A DNA stretch of 64,000 bases from a virus (taxonomy: Duplodnaviria > Caudoviricetes): positions 9,616 to 73,615 of IMG/VR virus record IMGVR_UViG_3300038393_001263; one strand, 5' to 3'. Position 1 is the first letter of the stretch. Each line of letters starts with the position of its first letter. This document shows, one piece after another, positions 26,370 to 35,605 of this stretch. A program made the translations under genes and the position numbers. Under the pieces are notes generated by a model. It did not search any database. It saw only the letters and a program-made list of their open reading frames with translations, and had not been told where the DNA came from.

Positions 26370-26504
26370 ATGTTCGTCTACTTCCTCTCGAACCTCGGCA
26401 TGGGCGCGGGCGGCGTGGTCGACCCGATCCTCTGCTCGCTGCCGTTCGACGCCTGCACGCTGGCGTCCGCGAACCCCGCCGATCCGTGCGGCTGCAAGTC
26501 CTGA
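26370..26504 (+). CDS. small Cys-containing protein (44 aa, below ORF-track cutoff)
   Basis: MFVYFLSNLGMGAGGVVDPILCSLPFDAC...PCGCKS; GGAG SD upstream. Confidence 0.45.
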   Translation: MFVYFLSNLGMGAGGVVDPILCSLPFDACTLASANPADPCGCKS

Positions 26505-26525
26505 CCCTTCGTCCGAGGCCGATTC

Positions 26526-27773
26526 ATGTTCACGTGGACCGTCGTTCAAGGGCAGGCCGCGAAGTTGCCCATCGTCGTCTCGGCCTGCCCGTTGACGACG
26601 GCCTCGGTCATGGCCGCGTCGGTCTCGACCGGGCTCACCGACGCGGCCCTCGTCACGTTCACTCCGACGTTCGCGGCGTCCGGCCCCCCGAACGTCGTGC
26701 TGTCGATGACCTCGGCGCAGACCGCGACGCTCCAGCCCGGCGCGTACGTTTGCCACGTCCGGCTGGCGTCGAACAGCGGCGAGATCGCGTTCGGCGTCGT
26801 CCAGGTCGTCGCCGCCCCAGGATACACGCCGACCTACGACGTCCTGGCGACCCCCGCGCAGGCGATCCTGCTGAACCCCGAGCTGGCCAATGGACCGGAA
26901 GGCCCCGGCAAGGTCGCCGCCCTGCCCTTCATGCTCCAGAAGGCGACCGAGACGATCCGACGCCATTGCAACAGGGTCTTCACCAGGCGGACCTACACGG
27001 AGTACCTGTCGCCCTCGCTCGAAGGCGAGATCATGCTTCGGGAGATGCCGATCAACAAGGTGACGCGCATCCAGCGGACCCCGACGACGGCGATCACGAT
27101 CACGGCCGATCCGGCGACGTATCAGGTCGCCTACGTCGATTACAGCAGCGTCGACCTCGCCCTGCCCAACCCCTACGACGTCGCCTACACCGGGATCGTG
27201 CTCAACGCCTTCTCCAGCGGCGTCGCGTCCAACGTCCCGATCCTCTTCGCCGGCCTGACGACGATCAACGACCTGGCCGCCGCCGTGGACGCGGTCTCGG
27301 GCTGGAAGGCGACGGTCGCCGGGAACTACGGCCTGCTGCCGGTCTCCGAACTCTACTGCGACGGCAACTCGCAGGGGGCTCTCGACGACGGGATGCAAAT
27401 CTGCGTCTTCGCCGAGGACGTTTCGGAGTCGCGGCTCGATCGCAGGACGGGTCTGATCCAGATGCCGCGCTACGGCCGCAACTTCGGCCCCCCGTTCAAC
27501 TGGTCCTTCCTCGGATGGGATGACCAGTACGACGTCACCTGCGACGACCTGGTCCGCGTGACCTACGACGCCGGGTTTACCGTCGTCCCGGCCGTGATCC
27601 AGGAAGCCGCCGTCGAACTCGCCAAGGTCTACTTCGACCGCTCCGACGTCGACTACGCGGTCAAGAAGGAGTCGACCGGCTACTACTCCTACGAGTTGAA
27701 CGAGAACATCAGCCTGTCGATCCCCGACCCGATCCGCCAGGATCTCGCCCCCTACCGCATCCACCACGCATGA
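26526..27773 (+). CDS. head-tail adaptor (HK97 gp6/SPP1 gp15-like) with extra domains
   Basis: LQKATETIRRHCNRVF...VRVTYDAGF..VPAVIQEAAVEL...KKESTGYYSY. Confidence 0.8.
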   Translation: MFTWTVVQGQAAKLPIVVSACPLTTASVMAASVSTGLTDAALVTFTPTFAASGPPNVVLSMTSAQTATLQPGAYVCHVRLASNSGEIAFGVVQVVAAPGYTPTYDVLATPAQAILLNPELANGPEGPGKVAALPFMLQKATETIRRHCNRVFTRRTYTEYLSPSLEGEIMLREMPINKVTRIQRTPTTAITITADPATYQVAYVDYSSVDLALPNPYDVAYTGIVLNAFSSGVASNVPILFAGLTTINDLAAAVDAVSGWKATVAGNYGLLPVSELYCDGNSQGALDDGMQICVFAEDVSESRLDRRTGLIQMPRYGRNFGPPFNWSFLGWDDQYDVTCDDLVRVTYDAGFTVVPAVIQEAAVELAKVYFDRSDVDYAVKKESTGYYSYELNENISLSIPDPIRQDLAPYRIHHA

Positions 27774-28132
27774 AACGACCCTCCAGCCGCATGGCCCCGC
27801 ACGTCGTCACGATTACGCGGAATACGCAGGGGACGGAAGAGGACGGCGGCCGTCGCGTCGCCTCCGCGACCACGGCGACGAGCCTTCGCTGCTTCGTCCA
27901 GCCGGGCCTCGCGCGGACGATCATCGATACCAGCGACGCCACCGGGAACAGCCGCGTCACCGAGTTCAACCCGACGCGGATCTACTTCCTGGACGACGTC
28001 GGAATCTCGGTCCAGGATCTCATCTCCTGGGTCGACCACGCGGGCGTCACGCACACCTATCAGGTCGTCGGCTACATCGCCCCCGCCGCGCCGTTCGCCC
28101 AATGGCGGGCCGAGTGCCAGGAGAAGATTTAG
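27770..28132 (+). CDS. head closure protein (gp16-like)
   Basis: position after adaptor; size; TSLRCFVQPG, YQVVG. Confidence 0.7.
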   Translation: MKRPSSRMAPHVVTITRNTQGTEEDGGRRVASATTATSLRCFVQPGLARTIIDTSDATGNSRVTEFNPTRIYFLDDVGISVQDLISWVDHAGVTHTYQVVGYIAPAAPFAQWRAECQEKI

Positions 28133-28135
28133 AGC

Positions 28136-28888
28136 ATGCCGTTCTCCCTCGTCGAGAATTGGGACTCCGTCACCGCCCCCGCCGTGCCGGCCGGGTGGAA
28201 CAACGACGCGGGGATGGTCACGTCCACGTCCCAATCCAACACCGCGCCGAACTCCCTGGCGCTGACGAGCGGGACGGCGGGCGTCGTCTACTACGCGACC
28301 TACGCGACGGCCGACCCCGGCAACGGCATGACGCTCGACTACACCGCGTTCGTGTTCGTCGACACCTCGGCGTCGACCGGGCTCTACCGCGTCGGCCCGA
28401 CGTTCCGGTGCTCGTCCGCGACGATGAACAACACGTCGACCAGTTGCTATTGGGTCAACGTCGCGTTCAACAACGCCTTCACCGGGAACCGAATCCGGTT
28501 CTCGAAGATCGTCAATGGGACCGTGACGGATCTGTCCGAGGTCGCGAACACCGACCTGAGCTTCAATCGCGGAACCTGGTACTCGATCCGCACGCTCTGC
28601 TACGGCTCGGACACGTTCAACGTCACCCTCACGCGGATCACCGACGGCTACACGATGAACACGGCCGGCGTGTTCGGCCTGTCGTCGACCCCGGTCTTCT
28701 CGTCCCTCGTCGCCTCCGACATCGCGTCCGGGGCCTACTTCGGCCTCGCGGCGGCCGGCGCGAACACGGCGAGCAAGCTGTTCATGGACAGCCTCGGCGC
28801 GAACGCGTCCGGCGCGGTCGTGACGCCGCCCCCCAAGCCGAAGATCATTCGCATCCCCTGGGGATGCACCTGCTGGCACCCCGACTAG
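28136..28888 (+). CDS. beta-sandwich virion protein (lectin-like fold suspected)
   Basis: Thr/Ser/aromatic-rich beta composition; structural context. Confidence 0.5.
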   Translation: MPFSLVENWDSVTAPAVPAGWNNDAGMVTSTSQSNTAPNSLALTSGTAGVVYYATYATADPGNGMTLDYTAFVFVDTSASTGLYRVGPTFRCSSATMNNTSTSCYWVNVAFNNAFTGNRIRFSKIVNGTVTDLSEVANTDLSFNRGTWYSIRTLCYGSDTFNVTLTRITDGYTMNTAGVFGLSSTPVFSSLVASDIASGAYFGLAAAGANTASKLFMDSLGANASGAVVTPPPKPKIIRIPWGCTCWHPD

Positions 28889-28994
28889 CCCTCCACGTCC
28901 CCCTCCCTCCCCGAAGCACCGATCGGCCAGTTCCGTGCGGAACCCCGGCCCGCTCGCCCCACGTCCCATCCTCATTTCTGAGAGGTTCCCCGCA

Positions 28995-29453
28995 ATGGCA
29001 GGTCTCAACGGATACGCCGCCTGGCCGGTCACGAACTGCAACGCCAACACCCAGACGGTGATGCAGCTCGTCGCCCCGACCAACCAGCGGCTCCGCGTCA
29101 CGGCCCTCGAAATCAGCTTCGATGGCACCAACAGCGCGAACGCCCCGGCGGCCGTCTCGATCGAGCGGCAGACCGGCGGCACGTTCACCAACACCTCGGT
29201 CGCCCCCAAGAAGACCAACGACCCCTCGGGCACCGGCGAAACCCTCCAGGCCAACACGAAGAACACGCAGACCGTCGCGCCGACCTCGGGCGACATCATG
29301 CGGAACTTCTACATCCCGGTCTTCGGCGGGCTCGTGGTCTACCCGTTCGCCCCCGGCCAGGAAGTGATGGTCCCGGGCGGCACGACCCTCGGCGTCAAGG
29401 TCACGACCACGGCGCAGGTCAACTGCTTCGGCGGCCTCTGCTACGAGGAGTAA
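28995..29453 (+). CDS. virion structural protein
   Basis: T/A/N-rich beta protein in neck region. Confidence 0.55.
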   Translation: MAGLNGYAAWPVTNCNANTQTVMQLVAPTNQRLRVTALEISFDGTNSANAPAAVSIERQTGGTFTNTSVAPKKTNDPSGTGETLQANTKNTQTVAPTSGDIMRNFYIPVFGGLVVYPFAPGQEVMVPGGTTLGVKVTTTAQVNCFGGLCYEE

Positions 29454-29516
29454 TCCGCATCGGCGGGGGACGGGATCACCCCTCCCCCGCCCTTCCCATC
29501 GCCGCTCCCCGAATCG

Positions 29517-31172
29517 TTGTCCCCTGACGCCTTGAAGGCGGTGGTGTCGACCGTGTCGCTACGCTTCCAGGGCGGAAATCGACGCCGGCGCGTGCTCGTC
29601 GTCGCGTCGAACAACCCGAATTCGTCGCCGATCGTCACGGCCGCCGCGCGGAACCGCGTGGTGATCGTTCCCCGGCCCCCGCTCCGACCGACGCCCCCGG
29701 TCGATCGCGTCGTCGCGGTCCACACGGCCTACACCACGGGCGGCACCCCTCCCCCGAACAACAACGGCGGCGGCAGCCCGCGCCCGCTCCAGCCCAACTG
29801 GATCGTCGGAGCCCTCCGCGCCCGCTACCCGAAGCCGTTCGTCCGCGCGATCGTCGCGCACACCACGTACAAGCCGCCGACGAAGGACGGCCTGCCGAAT
29901 CAGGTCGTCGTGGTCGACCCGCAGCGCCGGCCCGTCGTCCGCCGGTCGGTCGTCGTCAGGCCCGAATTCAAGTGGGGGGTCAACCACGGCAAGACGCCGA
30001 TCGCCCCCGTCGTCGTGCGTCGCCCGGTCGGCCTCCGCGTCCCGCAGCCGATCGTCGTCGCGTCGCCGCCGACCAGCGGCCTCGGCTTCCTTCCGTCGCC
30101 CTCCCGGCCGATCGTCATCCCCCGGCAGAAGCCCACGCGGACGCGCGGCTCGTTGATGGTGCTCGGCTTCGCCGACGCGGGCGATCGTGTTCGCGCCAAC
30201 CCGATCGTCGCCGCTCGGCCTCCCCTGCGGAAGACCGTCCCGCATCCGATCATCGCCTCGACCGTCGAATCGTTCGCGATCCGGCCGACCCAGCCGCACC
30301 GGCCGATCATCATCCCCTGCGCCGTTCCCAAGCGGCGGCGCGGATCATTGATGGTCCTCGGCTTCTCCGACGCGGGCGAGATCCCGCCGGCCTCGGTGAT
30401 CGCCCCGACCGTCGTCGCGTTCCACCCCAGGCCGTCCGACCGCCGCCGCCCGCCGATCGTCGTCCGGCCCCTGCCCGCGTTCAATCCCAGCTCCGTCCCG
30501 CCGCCGATCGCGCACGTCGTCGCGATCCCGCGCGGTCGCAAGGCGGCTCCCTGGCGCTACGACTCGCAGTTCCTCAAGTTCGTCCCGCCGCCGCCGCGAC
30601 ACGACCCGATGCCGCGCATCCTCGGCGTGCCGATCCCGAGACGGAGGTCGCCGCTCATGTGGCCGACGCCGCAGGTGAGGACGTCGATCCTCCAGCCCGA
30701 CGACCAGCGGTACACCAAGCCGTGGGATCTGATCGCGGCGTGCATCGCGCACCTGCGTTCGGACCCGGCGATCGTCGCCGCGTTCGGCGACGCGAAGGGC
30801 GTCGCGGGCAAGGACAAGTTCGTCAGCGACGTCGAGCTGCCGAAGACCGACCTGCCCTACGCGATCTTCGACGAGCCCGACGAGTCCGAGGACTACGAGA
30901 CGCAGGACCAGACCAATCGGTACTCGTCGACCATCCGAGGCGTGTTCCACCTCACGGTCCTCGCGGACGAGAAGTTGGCCGCCCGCAGGCTCGGCGACAT
31001 GGCCGCCGCGTCGCTCAACGACGCCCCGCTGGTCTTCCAGGACGGCGTGCTGATGTACCTGCGCCGCTCGGAGCGACGCTTCCCCATCGTCGCCGCGACC
31101 GGCCCCGGCCCGAACGTGACGATGTTCAAGCGCGTCGTTGAATTCATGTACATGATCGAACGATTCTTCTGA
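29517..31172 (+). CDS. tail terminator (SPP1 gp17-like) domain with about 400-aa Pro/Arg/Val-rich N-terminal extension; start uncertain
   Basis: C-terminal DLIAACIAHLRSD...LPYAIF...AARRLGD...LNDAPL; directly before the tail tube gene. Confidence 0.7.
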   Translation: MSPDALKAVVSTVSLRFQGGNRRRRVLVVASNNPNSSPIVTAAARNRVVIVPRPPLRPTPPVDRVVAVHTAYTTGGTPPPNNNGGGSPRPLQPNWIVGALRARYPKPFVRAIVAHTTYKPPTKDGLPNQVVVVDPQRRPVVRRSVVVRPEFKWGVNHGKTPIAPVVVRRPVGLRVPQPIVVASPPTSGLGFLPSPSRPIVIPRQKPTRTRGSLMVLGFADAGDRVRANPIVAARPPLRKTVPHPIIASTVESFAIRPTQPHRPIIIPCAVPKRRRGSLMVLGFSDAGEIPPASVIAPTVVAFHPRPSDRRRPPIVVRPLPAFNPSSVPPPIAHVVAIPRGRKAAPWRYDSQFLKFVPPPPRHDPMPRILGVPIPRRRSPLMWPTPQVRTSILQPDDQRYTKPWDLIAACIAHLRSDPAIVAAFGDAKGVAGKDKFVSDVELPKTDLPYAIFDEPDESEDYETQDQTNRYSSTIRGVFHLTVLADEKLAARRLGDMAAASLNDAPLVFQDGVLMYLRRSERRFPIVAATGPGPNVTMFKRVVEFMYMIERFF

Positions 31173-31190
31173 GGCATCGAAGGAGCCGCA

Positions 31191-31613
31191 ATGGCGATCA
31201 CCAGCATCCCGGACAAGGTCACGGGGAAGGCGGGTTACATCCTCTACAACGGGACGCAACTCCCGATCCGGCGGTGGAACGCCCGCGTCACGCGCAACAT
31301 GGCGGACTGCACGGATTCGAGCGACTACGACTCGAATGCGGACATGGTCGGGCGGACCCAGATCCCCACCAGCGCAATCCTTGAGGCGTCGATCGAGGGC
31401 TGCTATCGGCGTTCCTCGACGGCCGGCGTGATCATCGCGAACCTGTTTACCGGCATCACGGCCGTTCCGTGCGTCCTCGGCATCGACCAGAACACGCCGT
31501 TCGGGTCCGGGACCGTCGACATCACCGACTACAACCAGGATTCGCCCCTCGAAGACGTCGTGAGCTTCACCTGCAACATCCGCAGCAACGGACTCTTCAT
31601 CCCGAGCCAGTGA
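31191..31613 (+). CDS. major tail tube protein
   Basis: VTGKAG, ADCTDS, DVVSFTCNIRSNG; canonical position before chaperone and tape measure. Confidence 0.8.
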   Translation: MAITSIPDKVTGKAGYILYNGTQLPIRRWNARVTRNMADCTDSSDYDSNADMVGRTQIPTSAILEASIEGCYRRSSTAGVIIANLFTGITAVPCVLGIDQNTPFGSGTVDITDYNQDSPLEDVVSFTCNIRSNGLFIPSQ

Positions 31614-31618
31614 GCCTT

Positions 31619-32146
31619 ATGAACGACCTGAAGATCCTGACCGCGCAGCCCCAGCCCTTGGCGATCGACGGCGAGACCTACATGGTCCACCCGCTGACCA
31701 TCGAGGATTGGGGCGCCCTCCAAGCCTGGGTCGACCGCCAGTTCGTCGATCCCTTCGACGTGGTGGCGAAGGCCATCGAGAAGGGCAAGTTCACCGTCGC
31801 CCAGCAGCAGTACATGCTGTCGGAGGCCCTCAAGGAATCGATCAAGCCGAAGGCCCCGCTCGGCTCGATCGAGGCCGACGCGCTCCTGATGTCGATGGAC
31901 GGCTACACGCAAGTCCTCTACCTGTCGATTCGCAAGGGCCGACCGGGCTTCACCGAGAAGGACGCCAGGAACTTGGCCCTGAAGCTGAGCGCCGCCGACG
32001 CGACGAAACTCGGCCAGGTCTCCACCCTGAATCTGGTCGCCTCCGACCCAAAAGACGAGCCGCTGAACGTGACGCCGCCCGCGCGGAAGAGTGGTTCGGC
32101 GGCATCCCTGAGACGGACGCGGGCGGCGAAAAGGACTGGTGGCTGA
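31619..32146 (+). CDS. tail assembly chaperone (gpG-like)
   Basis: between tail tube and tape measure genes; contains slippery heptamer. Confidence 0.75.
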   Translation: MNDLKILTAQPQPLAIDGETYMVHPLTIEDWGALQAWVDRQFVDPFDVVAKAIEKGKFTVAQQQYMLSEALKESIKPKAPLGSIEADALLMSMDGYTQVLYLSIRKGRPGFTEKDARNLALKLSAADATKLGQVSTLNLVASDPKDEPLNVTPPARKSGSAASLRRTRAAKRTGG

Positions 32147-32328
32147 TCTTCCACAAACTCGCCGCCGAGGCCGAGATGTCGTTCGACCAGATCGGCCGCC
32201 TGACGATCCCCCAGCTCGTGTGCCGCTTCTCCGAGAAGCCGCCCGACGGCAAGCAGAAGATCGCGTCGTTCGCCGAATACGAGGCGGCGATCCGTGAGCA
32301 CGAAGCCGCCTGGAACTCGCCGACATGA
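32047..32328 (+). CDS. -1 frameshift extension (gpGT-like)
   Basis: C CCA AAA heptamer at 32047-32053 in G frame; -1 frame reads PKRRAAERD...WWLIFHKL...EMSFDQIGRLTIPQL to 32328. Confidence 0.75.
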   Translation, partial: PKRRAAERDAARAEEWFGGIPETDAGGEKDWWLIFHKLAAEAEMSFDQIGRLTIPQLVCRFSEKPPDGKQKIASFAEYEAAIREHEAAWNSPT

Positions 32329-33857
32329 TGAACATCAATCAGTCCGTGCTCGCCAACGCGGTGATCAACATCACCGGCAATACGCGCGGATTCGATTACG
32401 CGATCAACCAGACCCGCAAGCAGATGCAGGGCTTCCTCGTCTTCGCCAACGCGATCGGCGGGAAGACCGGCGGCCTGCTCGCGAATGGCCTGGCGATGGG
32501 CGCGATCGGGCCGGTCATGAACTCGGTTCTCGGCCATAAACTCGGCGGCAAGGCCGGCGGCTTCCTCCAGAAGTTCGGCCTGACCAGCGACCCCATGAAG
32601 GACGTCGCCGACGCAATGGACCTGGCGCGGCGGCGGTTCGCCCACGAGACGTATCTCCACAAGCTGCGCGGGCTCGCCATCGCGCAGGGCAACATCTACA
32701 ACGGCCAGCGGCTCAACACGCCGATGGACGTGAGGCGGGCGCGGATCGAGCACGCGATGGCCGCGCCGAAGATGGCCGACATCTCGCAGCAGTACGTGGC
32801 CGGCGCGGCGTCGAAGGCCCAATCGCTCGCGCTGATGCTCGGGCAATTCGGCCTCGTCGTCACGGCCGCGACGACCGCCTTCAAGACGCTTGTCGCGTCG
32901 GGCATGGACCTGAACGAGAAGATGAAGAAGGCCGTTCGGGTCTTCGGGTCCAACGTTGGTTCCGTCGTCGGCGGATACGATCGCTTCGGCGCGTCGATGA
33001 GCCGAAGCCAGTACCTCTCTGGCGCGTCCGGAATCGGACTCGAACTCAACCACGCGGCCCTCGGTCGCGGCCCGACGTCCGCGATGGCGTCTGCGATGGC
33101 GCGGAGGGCGGGCGAACTCGCCGAGTCCAACGGCGACGATTTCGATGAAGTCGTCGGCAAGATGCAGTCGGCGCTCCACGGGTCGACCGACGCCCTGAAG
33201 AACCTCGGCGTCGTCCTGTCCGACGACCTCGTGCGGGCCTATGCGTTCAACAACGGGATGATCAAACTCGGCGAGCATATGTCCGAGCAGGTTGCGATTC
33301 AGGCCCGATACGCGCTGGTTATGAGCCAGACGAAGGACTCCGCGCAATCGGCCCTCGTCCGGTTCTTCGACGTCGGCGTGCAGTGGAATTCGTTCCTGTC
33401 GGGCCTCGGCAATTCGTTGAGCGCGATGGGGAGTTTCCTGGCCCCGATCACGGCCGGAATCCTGGGCGTGACCAACGCGCTAATGGGGCTGTTCGCGGTT
33501 ATTTCTCCGTTCTCCTATGTGCGAAAGTTCACCAACGCCATCGGCATCACGAGCGACGACCAGAACAATGCGGCCCTGGACCGTCAGAAGCTTCTCGAAC
33601 AGGCGAAGGACGACGCCAGCCGCGCCGACGACGTGATCCGTCGCGAACGCGCCAGGCAGTCGTCGAACGTCGGATACCACTCGCCGGAAGATTTCTACAA
33701 GCACATCCAGAAGGGCATATTCGGCGACCCGACCGAGTTCCAGAAGCGACAGACGGACCTCATGCACGAGTTCGTCATCGTGTCCAAGGAAACGCGCGAC
33801 ATCCTCCGCGACTTCGGCTACAAGGTCAAGGACGGCTCGGCCCTGTTGCAGCCCTGA
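32325..33857 (+). CDS. tape measure protein (510 aa)
   Basis: Ala/Gly-rich helical; GKMQSALHGSTDALKNLGV; follows the G/T chaperone. Confidence 0.85.
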   Translation: MMNINQSVLANAVINITGNTRGFDYAINQTRKQMQGFLVFANAIGGKTGGLLANGLAMGAIGPVMNSVLGHKLGGKAGGFLQKFGLTSDPMKDVADAMDLARRRFAHETYLHKLRGLAIAQGNIYNGQRLNTPMDVRRARIEHAMAAPKMADISQQYVAGAASKAQSLALMLGQFGLVVTAATTAFKTLVASGMDLNEKMKKAVRVFGSNVGSVVGGYDRFGASMSRSQYLSGASGIGLELNHAALGRGPTSAMASAMARRAGELAESNGDDFDEVVGKMQSALHGSTDALKNLGVVLSDDLVRAYAFNNGMIKLGEHMSEQVAIQARYALVMSQTKDSAQSALVRFFDVGVQWNSFLSGLGNSLSAMGSFLAPITAGILGVTNALMGLFAVISPFSYVRKFTNAIGITSDDQNNAALDRQKLLEQAKDDASRADDVIRRERARQSSNVGYHSPEDFYKHIQKGIFGDPTEFQKRQTDLMHEFVIVSKETRDILRDFGYKVKDGSALLQP

Positions 33858-33890
33858 TCGCACTGTCCATTCCACCGAGGCTTTCCGTTC

Positions 33891-34916
33891 ATGGCCAAGC
33901 TCTCTTCGAGCCCGTTCATCAGGTTCGCGTCCAGCGACGACCACTTCTTCGCGTCAGTCTACGTCGGACCGGACGCATCGAGCGGGCTCCGCGAGACGAT
34001 GCATTCCGACGTCGGGATGCAGGTCGAGATCGACTTCCGCGTGCCGTGGACGCGGCGACTCCAATTCCTCTATATCCTGCGCGGCTCGTGCGGATTCGAC
34101 GGCGACAACTACTGGCGTCAACTTCCTGTCTCGCTGCCGACGATCCTGTTCGATTCCGTCGCCGAGATGAACGAGAACGAGGACCAAGCCCCCTACGCAT
34201 GGGATCGGTATTACTGTACCTCGATGGGCCAGGGTAGGCCGCTCAAGATGAGGACGTCGGACGACCAGGGCGAGCCGACCGGATGGATTGGATGGCCCTA
34301 CGCCGAAGAGGTGATCATTCCGACCGTCTGGACGGTCCCAATGTATACCATCGCCGAGGACCCCTACGACCCCAAGACCGTGGGGATGGATCCCAGCGGA
34401 TTCCCCTATACGACGACCAGGTGGCGCACGACCGGCGAAATCTTCTCTCCTTATACAAACGCATATAAATTCGTTAACGACGTAACGCCGGCCAACGAAG
34501 CCAACATCGGCATCCTCCGCGCCAAGACGGAGTTGTCGATCACCCGGCACTTCATGCCGTTCGTCGACACCGTCACCCTCGACGCGATGATCGGCAAGGT
34601 GAACCTTGATCCCATCCAGATCGGCTCCGATACGAACCCATTCGAGTCTATGCTCTACTTGGGATACGAGACGGAGCAGTACGCCAACCCCTCGAACGGC
34701 AAGATCGTCTACGACATCACCCACCGGATCATGGTGAACGGACCCGTGCTCGACAAGGACGGCAAGCCCCAGGAGTCGTGGAACTACTACATGAATCGCA
34801 AGGGCTACTGGGACAAACTCGTGCTCAAGGACAACGAGACCCGCCGCGTCTACGACTCGACCGAATTCAAGTGCAAGATTTGGCCGGACTACGTCGACTG
34901 CGAGGACTCGCTGTGA
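33891..34916 (+). CDS. distal tail protein candidate
   Basis: first gene after tape measure; aromatic-rich beta composition. Confidence 0.5.
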   Translation: MAKLSSSPFIRFASSDDHFFASVYVGPDASSGLRETMHSDVGMQVEIDFRVPWTRRLQFLYILRGSCGFDGDNYWRQLPVSLPTILFDSVAEMNENEDQAPYAWDRYYCTSMGQGRPLKMRTSDDQGEPTGWIGWPYAEEVIIPTVWTVPMYTIAEDPYDPKTVGMDPSGFPYTTTRWRTTGEIFSPYTNAYKFVNDVTPANEANIGILRAKTELSITRHFMPFVDTVTLDAMIGKVNLDPIQIGSDTNPFESMLYLGYETEQYANPSNGKIVYDITHRIMVNGPVLDKDGKPQESWNYYMNRKGYWDKLVLKDNETRRVYDSTEFKCKIWPDYVDCEDSL

Positions 34917-35335
34917 TCGCCAAGCCGCAATTCAAGAAGGTTCGCAGGAGCAGCCCGTTCCGGCCCCTGTTCGACGACCTGAACCGCGCGATCGCCAACC
35001 AGAATCGGATGCCCGGAACCGGATTTGGCCTTCTCGGCAACGCGATCACGCGGACCAGCCAGGACTACATGGTGGGCGTCGTGTCCTCGTCGCCCGCCAT
35101 CGGGGGCGCGACGGTCAACGACGACAAGACGCGCGACGTCGCGATGGGCGTCGCCATCGAACAGACGCTCGAAATCAAGGATTCGGCGTTCCGGTTGGTC
35201 CCGGCCGGCGACGAGGATACGGCCTCGTTCACCTGCTACAACTGGTCCCGCGATCCGATCGACCAGGACACGCTGATCATCTGCGAGAAGTATTTCGGCA
35301 CGTGGGTCATCACCTGGGTTGAGTGCTCGTCTTAA
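34913..35335 (+). CDS. tail tip protein
   Basis: GTGA-coupled; structural context. Confidence 0.5.
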   Translation: MIAKPQFKKVRRSSPFRPLFDDLNRAIANQNRMPGTGFGLLGNAITRTSQDYMVGVVSSSPAIGGATVNDDKTRDVAMGVAIEQTLEIKDSAFRLVPAGDEDTASFTCYNWSRDPIDQDTLIICEKYFGTWVITWVECSS

Positions 35336-35589
35336 ACCGAAAGCAGATCGTCATGCAGATGCTCGCGAAATCTTCCTTCATCGGCGGTGCCGTCAAGGGA
35401 GACGATGAATCTCTGGTCCTCGGAATCGGGCACGCCTTCCCATTGGACCCGGAGACCGGAGCCGAGAAGTCGATCGATCCGATCCGGGTATGCAATGTGG
35501 ATAAGTCGCAGATCGAGCCAGGATCGAAGGTCGTCCTGCGTCAAATCTGCGGCCACTGGTTCGTGACCGGCGTCGTACCTCCGTATTAA
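35323..35589 (+). CDS. small tail-region protein
   Basis: context only. Confidence 0.45.
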   Translation: MLVLNRKQIVMQMLAKSSFIGGAVKGDDESLVLGIGHAFPLDPETGAEKSIDPIRVCNVDKSQIEPGSKVVLRQICGHWFVTGVVPPY

Positions 35590-35605
35590 CGAACGAGGTT
35601 TACTG

